DNA from: a virus
Taxonomy: Duplodnaviria; Caudoviricetes
Virus record (IMG/VR): IMGVR_UViG_3300036861_000067
Coordinates: 1-55,469 of that record
DNA length: 55,469 bases
Strand: one strand, 5' to 3'
Part shown: in pieces, positions 47,280 through 55,469 of the stretch
Layout: every line of letters begins with the position of its first letter
Position numbering within the stretch: position 1 is the stretch's first letter
Notes under the pieces: model-generated
The model's input: the letters and a program-made list of their open reading frames with translations, nothing else
Told to the model about the DNA's origin: nothing
The model's database searches: none
Translations under genes and position numbers: made by a program

Positions 47280-47684
47280 ATGCTACGAAATAAACCCCGG
47301 CTTGAAGGTCCGTTGGCCGCAGTAGGCGGTAGTCTGATCGGTGGCCTGATTGGCGGTGGTGGCACTATCGCCGGTTTGGCTACTGTTGGCGGTATTGTGG
47401 GGTCTGCCATTGGCGGGATTGCGGCCAGTTCCTTGTTCAAGGAAAAGACACCATCCTTCCCTACCGTCCAGGCGCCAGGAACCCCGGCGCCACCGCAGAT
47501 TCCGACCGTGCCTGCTTTAGCAGAACCCGGCGCTACCCCCACTGGTGAAGGCGCGAGTCTCACGCCAGCCGAAATCGCCGCGGGCAACGCGCAGAAAGCC
47601 CGACGTGGCCGGTTGTCCACTATCCTGTCACAGCAACGGCAAGAGACTGCCGTTGGTGAAACGACAAATGAAACGTTAGGCTAA
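47280..47684 (+). CDS. Small pre-portal virion protein (paralog 3 of 3, gp7.3-like)
   Basis: Gly-rich N-terminus, Pro-rich linker, RGRLSTIL...ETLG. Confidence 0.65.
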   Translation: MLRNKPRLEGPLAAVGGSLIGGLIGGGGTIAGLATVGGIVGSAIGGIAASSLFKEKTPSFPTVQAPGTPAPPQIPTVPALAEPGATPTGEGASLTPAEIAAGNAQKARRGRLSTILSQQRQETAVGETTNETLG

Positions 47685-47686
47685 CC

Positions 47687-49339
47687 ATGGACGACAAGAA
47701 ACTGTTTCAACAGGGAGAACAGCTTTTCACAAAAAGATCATCCCTGGTGAATCTCTGGCAGGAGATAGCTGAGAACTTTTACCCGGAGCGTGCTGACTTC
47801 ACAGTGAAGCGCAGCCTGGGAACCGACTTCGCTGCCAACCTTACAACCAGCTATCCAATCTTGGCACGCCGGGATCTGGCCAGTTATTTCTCATTCATGC
47901 TTCGGCCTACTGAAAAATCCTGGTTTCACATGAAAATTGGTGACGATGAAACCATGGAGAATCAGGATGGCGAAGTCAAAAGCTGGCTGCAATGGGCGGC
48001 CAAGATCCAGCGCCGCGCCATGTATGACCGAGGTTCGCTGTTCATTCGTGCCACCAAAGAGGCCGATCATGACTTCGCTTCCTTTGGCCAATGCGCCATT
48101 TCGATTGAGCTAAACAAGAATCGGAATGGCTTGCTATATCGTTGCTGGCATCTAAGAGATATGGCCTGGCAGGAAAACGAGGAAGGCAAGATCGGTTCCA
48201 TTTTCCGTAAGTGGAAGCCCACTGTTCAGGATCTGGTACGACTTTTTGGTGAATCGAAAGTACACCAGGAAACCGTAACCCGCGCCAAGAAAGAACCATT
48301 CGCTGAGGCTGATTGCCGACATATCGTGGTTGAAGCTGACATGGTGGATGAGAAATTCAATACACCTTACGTTTCCATTTACTACGATGCCGAGCATTTC
48401 CATGTGATCGAAAAGGTGGGTGTGCATTCACCCATCTACGTGATCCCCCGCTGGCAAACCGTGTCAGGTTCCCAATACTCTTATTCACCAGCCACCGTCG
48501 CCGCCTTGCCTGATGCGCGGTTGCTGCAAGCCATGACCTACACGCTTCTGGAAGCCGGTGAGAAACACACCAATCCACCGATGATTGCGGTACAGGAAGC
48601 CATCCGTTCTGACATATCTGTCTACGCGGGTGGGATTACCTGGGTGGATGCGGCTTACGATGAGAAGATGGGTGAAGTGCTGCGCCCGCTGACCCAGGAT
48701 AAATCAGGCATGCCGCTGGGCATCGATATGGCGCGGGACACCCGTGCCATGTTGGCCGAAGCATTCTTCCTCAACAAATTGAATTTGCCGCAGCGAGCGC
48801 CGGAGATGACGGCCTATGAAGTTGGCCAGCGAATCCAACAGTACATCAGGGATGCGCTGCCTTTATTCGAACCAATGGAGCTTGAATACAATGGTGCGCT
48901 CTGCGAAGAAACTTTCTCACTTATGCTCCGCTCAGGTGCGTTTGGCTCACCTTTTGACTTACCTAAAGCGTTGCAGGGACAGGAGTTACACTTCGGTTTT
49001 GAAAGCCCACTACATGAAGCGATTGAGAGAGAAAAAGGAAACCGATTCCTGGAAGCCCAGCAATTCATAGCAGGCGCAGTCCAACTAGATCCAACCGTGG
49101 CTTACGTAGTTGATGCCAAGAAAGCCTTGCGTGATGCGCTTGCTGGTATCGGTGTGCCGAATGAATGGGTTCATAGCGAGGAAGTCGTGGCCGCCGCCGT
49201 TCAACAAGCCGCAGAGGCCCAGCAACAGCAAGCGCAATTGGCGACTTTGCAACAAGGTGGTGAAGCGGCCAAAGCCTTGGGTGAAGCCAGTGAAAGCTTT
49301 GCCAACCAGACTTTTGCCGGAATGCCGGGGGGTATCTAA
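47687..49339 (+). CDS. Portal (head-tail connector) protein
   Basis: 550 aa; WQEIAENFYPER, PRW....G..Y..SP, MTAYEV. Confidence 0.9.
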   Translation: MDDKKLFQQGEQLFTKRSSLVNLWQEIAENFYPERADFTVKRSLGTDFAANLTTSYPILARRDLASYFSFMLRPTEKSWFHMKIGDDETMENQDGEVKSWLQWAAKIQRRAMYDRGSLFIRATKEADHDFASFGQCAISIELNKNRNGLLYRCWHLRDMAWQENEEGKIGSIFRKWKPTVQDLVRLFGESKVHQETVTRAKKEPFAEADCRHIVVEADMVDEKFNTPYVSIYYDAEHFHVIEKVGVHSPIYVIPRWQTVSGSQYSYSPATVAALPDARLLQAMTYTLLEAGEKHTNPPMIAVQEAIRSDISVYAGGITWVDAAYDEKMGEVLRPLTQDKSGMPLGIDMARDTRAMLAEAFFLNKLNLPQRAPEMTAYEVGQRIQQYIRDALPLFEPMELEYNGALCEETFSLMLRSGAFGSPFDLPKALQGQELHFGFESPLHEAIEREKGNRFLEAQQFIAGAVQLDPTVAYVVDAKKALRDALAGIGVPNEWVHSEEVVAAAVQQAAEAQQQQAQLATLQQGGEAAKALGEASESFANQTFAGMPGGI

Positions 49340-49606
49340 TTGAGAGTCCCACAAGTATATTTCCCACCAGCTTGGGAATTAGCAGATATAGCAGCTTTGA
49401 AAGGTTTGGCGAACGGTACAGCTTCGCCAGATCAACAGCAGCGGGCTTTGAAATGGATAATCGAAAACGCAGCCGCCACCTATAACTTGTCGTATCGCCC
49501 GACTGACCGGGATACGGCATTTGCCGAAGGACGGCGTTTTGTCGGGCTTCAGATCGTGAAGGCTTTGCATCTGGACCTGTCACTTTTCAGGAAGAATGAA
49601 TCATGA
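49340..49606 (+). CDS. Bbp19-like small protein
   Basis: TAFAEGRRFVGLQI motif after the portal. Confidence 0.75.
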   Translation: MRVPQVYFPPAWELADIAALKGLANGTASPDQQQRALKWIIENAAATYNLSYRPTDRDTAFAEGRRFVGLQIVKALHLDLSLFRKNES

Positions 49607-50529
49607 AATTTCGAAATGCTTGGATGAAATACTATGCGGAAGCTGAAGCTGATGGGGATGTGGGTGGTAGCGGGGTTGTCGATGGTGGCGGCGCTGATGA
49701 TAGCGGCACTGGCGATGACGATGGTGGTACTCCTGCGCCTGCTGGTGATTGGCCTGGAGATTGGCGTAACAAGATTTCGCCGGATGGTAAACACGCCAAA
49801 ACGCTAGATCGTTTTGCCAGCCCAACTGCGATGTTCGAGTCTTACCAAGCCCTACGTCAGCGTCTTGACTCTGGTGAATTCAAGGCCGTGGTTCCATTTC
49901 CCGATAAAGGCACGCCGGAGGAACAAACGGCATGGCGTAAGTCCAACGGTCTTCCCGAATCACCGGACGGCTATAACTTGAAATTCAATGATGGCTTGGT
50001 GATCGGTGATGCAGACAAACCCATTGTTGATGATTTTCTGAAAGCGGCGCATGCGGCCAATGCCAGTCCCGAGCAAGTCAACGGGATGTTGCATTGGTAT
50101 TACGAGCTGCAAGAAAAGAACATGGCCAAACAGGAAGAGGCCGACGCCAATTACCATCGGGAATCAGAAGACGCTTTGCGTGCTGAATGGGGTGGTGAAT
50201 ACCGATCCAATATCAACATGATTAAGGGTTTGTTGAACACCATTCCTGAGAGCGCACGCGATGCTTTTTTGAATGCGCGTGACGGCGACGGCAAAGCCCT
50301 TTTGAATCACCCGGAAATTGCTCGTTGGCTGGTGCATACTGCCCGCACTATTAATCCAGTAGTAACTCTTGTGCCGAATGCCGGCGCGAATGTGGCTGGC
50401 GCAATCGATGATGAAATCGCAGCGATTGAGAAAACCATGAAAGAAAATAGGAAAGCGTACAACTCGGATGCCAAGATGCAGCAACGTCTACGGGATTTGT
50501 ACGATGCCCGCCAACGTGCATCTCATTGA
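49603..50529 (+). CDS. Capsid scaffolding protein
   Basis: Acidic N-terminus, G.PESPDGY, LRAEWG; lies between portal and capsid. Confidence 0.75.
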   Translation: MKFRNAWMKYYAEAEADGDVGGSGVVDGGGADDSGTGDDDGGTPAPAGDWPGDWRNKISPDGKHAKTLDRFASPTAMFESYQALRQRLDSGEFKAVVPFPDKGTPEEQTAWRKSNGLPESPDGYNLKFNDGLVIGDADKPIVDDFLKAAHAANASPEQVNGMLHWYYELQEKNMAKQEEADANYHRESEDALRAEWGGEYRSNINMIKGLLNTIPESARDAFLNARDGDGKALLNHPEIARWLVHTARTINPVVTLVPNAGANVAGAIDDEIAAIEKTMKENRKAYNSDAKMQQRLRDLYDARQRASH

Positions 50530-50713
50530 GGAATGGTTTATAGTAATCTCATTGGGTAACTTTCCATTAGGAAACCCCACTTTTTAAAAGGCACCAAGTA
50601 GTTCGGCCCCTTATAGGTCGGACCAGTCCCGGCAACGGATAACCTGGATTCCAGAACCAGCTTAGGATAACCCGGCGAACGGTTGAAACTGATCGTTTAA
50701 AGGAGCATATCAA

Positions 50714-51565
50714 ATGTCTGATACTGCATTCCAAACACAGTATCGCCAAGAGTTCATTGCTGGTTTTGAAGCCAAGGCAACTCTCTTGCGCGATACTGTG
50801 ACGACCGAAGCCGTCATCAAGGGAAATACCGCTGTGTTTCTCGTAGCGGATTCCGGTGGCGCCACTGCTGTAACGCGTGGTGTCAACGGTATGATCCCGG
50901 CACGCGCTGACAACAACGCCCAAAACTCCGTCGTCCTGACTGAATGGCACGATCTGGTTAAAAAGACTGGCTTTAATATTTTTGCCAGTCAAGGCAACCA
51001 GCGTGAAATCATGCAGATGACTACGATGGGCGTTGTCAACCGCAAGATCGACGACCTTATCATCACCGAACTGAACACCGCCACCAACGATACCGGCGCT
51101 GCCACCACTGGTACGGTGTCCATGTTCCAACACGCCAAAGTTATCCTTGGTAACAACAGCGTGCCTTGGGATTCCAACGTCACCTTGCTGACCACGTCTG
51201 CTTTCCTGGCTTATCTGGAGCAAGCGCCGGAATTCGCTAACGCGCAATATGTGGATATTCGCCCGTACACTGGTGAAACTGCATCCTGGCGTGACAAGCC
51301 GATGGCCTACCGGTGGAGAAACTGCTTGATTATTGAGCATCCGAACCTTCCGGGCAAAGCCACTTCGGCTGAAAAATGCTTCATGTACCATAAGAGCGCA
51401 ATTGGCCAAGCCGCCAACACGGACGGTCTGGAAACCCCGGTCGGTTACGACGAGGAACAGGCTTATTCCTGGGCGCGGGCTTCGATGTACATGGCTGCGA
51501 AGTTGCTGCAAAACAGCGGCATCGTTGTGATTAACCATGACGGCAGTGCTTACGCCGCACAGTAA
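50714..51565 (+). CDS. Major capsid protein
   Basis: AAGGAG RBS; QYRQEFIAGFE...LR.TVT, NRKIDD, YHKSAIG. Confidence 0.85.
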   Translation: MSDTAFQTQYRQEFIAGFEAKATLLRDTVTTEAVIKGNTAVFLVADSGGATAVTRGVNGMIPARADNNAQNSVVLTEWHDLVKKTGFNIFASQGNQREIMQMTTMGVVNRKIDDLIITELNTATNDTGAATTGTVSMFQHAKVILGNNSVPWDSNVTLLTTSAFLAYLEQAPEFANAQYVDIRPYTGETASWRDKPMAYRWRNCLIIEHPNLPGKATSAEKCFMYHKSAIGQAANTDGLETPVGYDEEQAYSWARASMYMAAKLLQNSGIVVINHDGSAYAAQ

Positions 51566-51581
51566 CTAAGGAGGCTTTATC

Positions 51582-51941
51582 ATGGCTTACTCTGGCACTA
51601 CTGCCGCGTCGTCGCTGGTCAACCCGCCGCGCTGTATCGTTGAACCTCTAGTTAACGCTTCGACTGGTTCGACCGGTATGGTTACGACCCCAGGCGCTCC
51701 GGGCGGTCAAGGTGGTAGCTTGTGGTTCTATAGCTCCACCAACCTGACCACGGATGTCACGGCTTCCGCTTTCTTTACTGATGGCAAGCAGTTGGGTATG
51801 AGTCCCGGCGACGTTGTTATCAATGTCCAATTCAGTTCGATTGGTTCTAGTGTCGAATTGCTTATCGGCGTGATTACCGGCGTCAGCACTTCCGGCGCCA
51901 CGATGTCCACTGGTGCTGCAATGACTTCGACGTTTGCTTAA
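51582..51941 (+). CDS. Ser/Thr-rich capsid decoration protein candidate
   Basis: AAGGAGG RBS; directly after the capsid gene; FFTDG..LGM..GD. Confidence 0.6.
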   Translation: MAYSGTTAASSLVNPPRCIVEPLVNASTGSTGMVTTPGAPGGQGGSLWFYSSTNLTTDVTASAFFTDGKQLGMSPGDVVINVQFSSIGSSVELLIGVITGVSTSGATMSTGAAMTSTFA

Positions 51942-51945
51942 CCTA

Positions 51946-51967
51946 AATGGGGGCTTCGGCCCCCATT
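51946..51967 (+). terminator. Hairpin/terminator after the capsid genes
   Basis: AATGGGGGC-TTCG-GCCCCCATT; weak U tract. Confidence 0.6.
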
Positions 51968-51984
51968 GTCCTGTGGAAACAATC

Positions 51985-52413
51985 ATGAAATTAGACCCAA
52001 CACGCTTTTCCCAAGGCGACTTCATAAACGCGAGTTACACCATCACCGTCGAAGCCGGCACCACGCTTGACGATGTGTTGAAGCCGGAATTCCTGGCCAA
52101 TGTCTCTAACAAACTTCGGCCCTATGATCGCGTTCATGTTCGCATCGATACCGGCGAATGGTATGCGGAATGTCTGGTGCTATCGGCTGGCCGGGTATGG
52201 GCTAAACTGATGCCGATGCTCGTTCTTGATTTGACGACTCAGGATGTGGAAATTACTCAAGGCGAAGCCGCCGACGAATATCAAGTAGCTTTCCGAGGGC
52301 CGCATTTGAAATTCTGCATCATTCGCAAGTCCGACCGGGAAGTTATCAAGGAACAGATACCAACCAAGATCGAAGCACAAAACTGGCTCGCTTCTTATTC
52401 TCTGACGAGGTGA
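51985..52413 (+). CDS. Conserved hypothetical phage protein
   Basis: Probable start MKLDP; fills the operon. Confidence 0.6.
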   Translation: MKLDPTRFSQGDFINASYTITVEAGTTLDDVLKPEFLANVSNKLRPYDRVHVRIDTGEWYAECLVLSAGRVWAKLMPMLVLDLTTQDVEITQGEAADEYQVAFRGPHLKFCIIRKSDREVIKEQIPTKIEAQNWLASYSLTR

Positions 52414-52417
52414 AATC

Positions 52418-53056
52418 ATGGCCACCCAATTAGGACTATTCAACGAGGCGCTGCGCCTGATTGGGGAGCGCCGACTTGCCAGCACTACTGAAAACCGAGA
52501 ACCGGCGCGATTGCTGCTGGATGTGTGGGCTGATGGTGCGGTGAACTATTGTCTGGAACAAGGGCAATGGAAATTTGCCATGCGAGCGGTGAAGATTACC
52601 AAATCCACTACATCAATTCCGGCTTTCGGCTACAAGAACGCCTTTGATATGCCGAACGATCATATCCGTACCGCTGGCGTCTGCGAGGATGAATTCTTCA
52701 ATGTGCCATTGATAGCTGTCTTGGAAGAAGTCGGATTCTGGTTTGCCGACATCGACCCAATCTATGTCCGATACACTTCCAATGCCGCCAACTACGGCAA
52801 TGACTTAACCCGTTGGCCGGATACATTCACTAAGTATGTGGCTGCTTTCCTGGCTTCTGAAATCGTTTTATCTCTGACCCAAGATGCCGAGAAAGCCAAA
52901 ACGATCTTCGCTATCTTGGCCCAGCGATTGAAAGATTCTCGCAGCAAGGATGCTCTGGAAGGTGCTACCGCATTCCCGCCGTCTGGATCTTGGAGTGGTT
53001 CACGACGCCAAGGCATCAACCGGAGTCGCGGGAATCGCAATCAATTGATTGGATAA
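52418..53056 (+). CDS. Tail tubular protein A (adaptor)
   Basis: N.AL..IGE, WKFA, P.FGY...F..P.D, F..YVAA.LA. Confidence 0.85.
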   Translation: MATQLGLFNEALRLIGERRLASTTENREPARLLLDVWADGAVNYCLEQGQWKFAMRAVKITKSTTSIPAFGYKNAFDMPNDHIRTAGVCEDEFFNVPLIAVLEEVGFWFADIDPIYVRYTSNAANYGNDLTRWPDTFTKYVAAFLASEIVLSLTQDAEKAKTIFAILAQRLKDSRSKDALEGATAFPPSGSWSGSRRQGINRSRGNRNQLIG

Positions 53057-53059
53057 ACC

Positions 53060-55469
53060 ATGCAAAGAGCCACCGCTTTTTATGGGTTCAACCGGGGACT
53101 AGCCTCACGACTGGCCTTGGCGCGAGTCGATTTGAAGCGGTTGGCCCTTTCTGCTGAAACCATGGATAACTGGATGCCGCGTGTCCTGGGTAGCATGATG
53201 CTGCGCCCCGGCATGAAGTACCTTGGCAATTCCAAAGCCAACCTACAAGCCCGCCATTTGCCTTTTATTTTTTCCACTGACGATACCGCTCTGGTGGAAT
53301 TGACCAACACCATCATGCGGGTGTGGGTCAACGACGCTTTGATTACTCGTGTGGCTGTAACTACCACCATCACTAATGGCACCTTCGATACCGACTTGAC
53401 CGGTTGGACCGATAGCGATGAAGCGGGTGGTACTTCCGCATGGCAGACGGGTGGCTACATGGGCCTGACTGGCGATGGCACCAACGCCGCTATTCGGGAC
53501 CAAACCGTAACTGTAGCAGCCGGCGATCAAAACAAGGAGCATGCCCTACGAATCATCATTCAGCGCGGGCCAGTTGTCTTGCGTGTCGGTTCAACAGTTG
53601 GTGGCGATGAGTACATTGCCGAGACAACGCTGGATACCGGTTATCACTCGCTGGCTTTCACGCCAACCGGCAATTTCACCATTCGATTCCAAAGCATTCT
53701 GAAACGAATTGTCCTGGTGGATTCGGTAGCGATTGAAGCTGCTGGCGTCATGGAAATTACCGCGCCATGGCTGACTGCTGATTTGAGAATGATCCGTTCT
53801 GACCAGTCCGGTGACATTCTTTTCGTCGCGGCCAAAGGCTATTTGCAGCGAAAGATCGAACGCCGCGCAGTACGATCATGGTCGTTGGTCTGGTATCTAT
53901 CCGACAATGGCCCTTACCTGCTTGAAAACAAAACCGAAACCACGATTGCAGCAAGTGCTACTTCTGGTAACGTCACGCTCACCGCCAGCCGGGGTATCTT
54001 TGTGTCCGGCCATATTGGCGCCTTGTTCAAAGTCAAATCTGTTGGACAGCGAGTATCTGCCGCTATCGCAGCGCAGAACACATTCACCAGCACCATTCAG
54101 GTTACAGGAGTTGGGGAGAATCGGCGCTTCGCCATTACCATCACGGGCACCTGGGTTGCTACTGTTACAGTGCAACGCTCAATTGGCGATGCCCTTAATT
54201 TTGTAGATGTGGTCAATTACACAACCAATCAGGCGACGACGCTTGCTGACGGCCTGGATAACCAAACCGTTTTCTATCGTATCGGCATCAAGACCGGCAA
54301 TTACACTTCCGGCACTGCAACTTGCACCCTGGATTACCCGCTGGGCAGCATTACCGGTGTGGCACGGATTACCGGCTTTACCAGTTCAACCTCCGTCGCT
54401 GCCGAAGTTTTGACCGAGTTTGGATCTACGACCGGCAGCAAATATTGGTCTGAAGGTTCCTGGTCTACCATCAATGGCTTCCCAACCGCCGTCGCTTTCT
54501 ATGAAGGCCGCCTATGGTGGGCCGGCAAGAACGGCATTTTTGGATCTGTTTCCGATGACTTCTACAACTTTAATCCTGATACCGTTGGTGATTCTGGCCC
54601 TATTAATCGTACTGTTGGTAGTGGGCCTGTGGACGACATTAATTGGATTCTTCCCCTACAAAGACTCATTGTTGGCGCGGAAGGCGCAGAGCATTCGGTG
54701 CGGGCTACGTCGTTTGATGAAGTTTTGACACCTTCCAACTTCAACATCAAAGAAGCATCTACCCAAGGCAGTAATTCCACGATTGCCGCCAAGATCGATA
54801 GCCGGGGTGTATACGTGCAACGTGGCGGTACACGGCTATTCGAATTGGCCTTCGATGGTGAAGTCGGGGATTACCGCAGTACTGAAGCAACGATCATCGT
54901 TCCTGAAGTGGGTGAACCTTCGATTGTGCATGTGGCTATTCAGCGCCTGCCTGACACACGAATCCATTGCGTCCGGTCCGATGGGGTAGTCGCTGTCATG
55001 ATCTACAACCATGTGGAGAATGTGAACTGCTGGGTGACGGTCACATCGGGTGGATCTGGTGTAGTCGAAGATGTAGTTGTGTTGCCGGGTACTACCGAGG
55101 ATGCGGTTTATTACAGCGTGAAACGCACCATTAACGGTTCCACCGTTCGCTTTTTGGAGAGATGGGCATTGGAATCGGAAGCGCGTGGCGGCACTACCAA
55201 CAAAGTAGCAGATGCCTACATAACCTATTCCGGCGCCGCCGTCACGACTATCAGTGGTTTGGATCATCTCGAAGGCAAACAGGTTACAGTGTGGGGGAAT
55301 GGCAAAGACTTAGGCACCAAAGGTGTAGTGGGTGGGGCAATCGATACGATTTCCGAAGCGGTGACAACGGCAACGATTGGCCTGTCTTATACCGCCCAAT
55401 GGAAATCCACCAAACTTGCTTATGCCCAGCCGGGTGAATCCTTGTCGCTGACCCATCCTAAGCGGGTTG
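53060..55469 (+). CDS. Tail tubular protein B/nozzle, about 890 aa when joined to 1..426 (absent from the ORF track because it runs off the end)
   Basis: MQRATAFYGFNRG...NWMPRVLGSMMLRPG start; GFPTAVAFYEGRLWW and GLDHLEG motifs; frame matches the ORF at the window start. Confidence 0.85.
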   Translation, partial: MQRATAFYGFNRGLASRLALARVDLKRLALSAETMDNWMPRVLGSMMLRPGMKYLGNSKANLQARHLPFIFSTDDTALVELTNTIMRVWVNDALITRVAVTTTITNGTFDTDLTGWTDSDEAGGTSAWQTGGYMGLTGDGTNAAIRDQTVTVAAGDQNKEHALRIIIQRGPVVLRVGSTVGGDEYIAETTLDTGYHSLAFTPTGNFTIRFQSILKRIVLVDSVAIEAAGVMEITAPWLTADLRMIRSDQSGDILFVAAKGYLQRKIERRAVRSWSLVWYLSDNGPYLLENKTETTIAASATSGNVTLTASRGIFVSGHIGALFKVKSVGQRVSAAIAAQNTFTSTIQVTGVGENRRFAITITGTWVATVTVQRSIGDALNFVDVVNYTTNQATTLADGLDNQTVFYRIGIKTGNYTSGTATCTLDYPLGSITGVARITGFTSSTSVAAEVLTEFGSTTGSKYWSEGSWSTINGFPTAVAFYEGRLWWAGKNGIFGSVSDDFYNFNPDTVGDSGPINRTVGSGPVDDINWILPLQRLIVGAEGAEHSVRATSFDEVLTPSNFNIKEASTQGSNSTIAAKIDSRGVYVQRGGTRLFELAFDGEVGDYRSTEATIIVPEVGEPSIVHVAIQRLPDTRIHCVRSDGVVAVMIYNHVENVNCWVTVTSGGSGVVEDVVVLPGTTEDAVYYSVKRTINGSTVRFLERWALESEARGGTTNKVADAYITYSGAAVTTISGLDHLEGKQVTVWGNGKDLGTKGVVGGAIDTISEAVTTATIGLSYTAQWKSTKLAYAQPGESLSLTHPKRV
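55307..55469. repeat. Terminal direct repeat (right copy)
   Basis: Matches 1-163 with one mismatch. Confidence 0.97.

Noticed and set aside
50567-51538. Long antisense ORFs (also 44159..45226, 7692..8474, 1480..2208)
   Set aside because: They lie opposite well-supported genes and show no motifs, consistent with a codon-bias artefact
53336-53356. Possible gapped self-target of the 21973-21899 unit (GC-TT-AT-AC-CG matches gct ttg att act cgt)
   Set aside because: Only five dinucleotides match before the register breaks, which is compatible with chance in a genome this size; my search by eye was not exhaustive
1-55469. Integrase/lysogeny module, phage RNA polymerase, tRNA genes
   Set aside because: No supporting motifs were recognised; the lifestyle cannot be fixed from sequence alone

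Overview
The window is very probably one complete, circularly assembled tailed-phage genome. Bases 1-163 repeat 55307-55469 with one mismatch, giving a 55,306-bp unit. The architecture is podovirus-like, of the BPP-1/epsilon15/APSE type. The + strand carries terminase, portal, scaffold, capsid, tail tubular A/B, ejection proteins, tail fibres and lysis genes. The - strand carries a family A DNA polymerase replication block and small early genes, and a helicase and primase-helicase diverge between them. I saw no integrase, RNA polymerase, tRNA or canonical CRISPR array. The most striking locus is at about 20.6-22.1 kb. There, a stand-alone Cas7/RAMP-like gene is flanked on both sides by four non-coding units of 9-15 pentamers (constant GGY plus variable NN on the transcribed strand), each ending in a conserved GGGTGC-loop-GCAC hairpin. 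This looks like a compact RNA-guided system and matches my recollection of the recently reported VIPR systems. The second highlight is a near-complete pseudaminic-acid-type sugar pathway (pseB/C/F/H/I, methylase, WbuX- and HisF-like genes) with a sialyltransferase-like gene next to the terminase. There are also several structured non-coding regions, an iteron-rich origin candidate and tandem paralog families. All protein calls come from motif recognition and gene order; no database searches were run.
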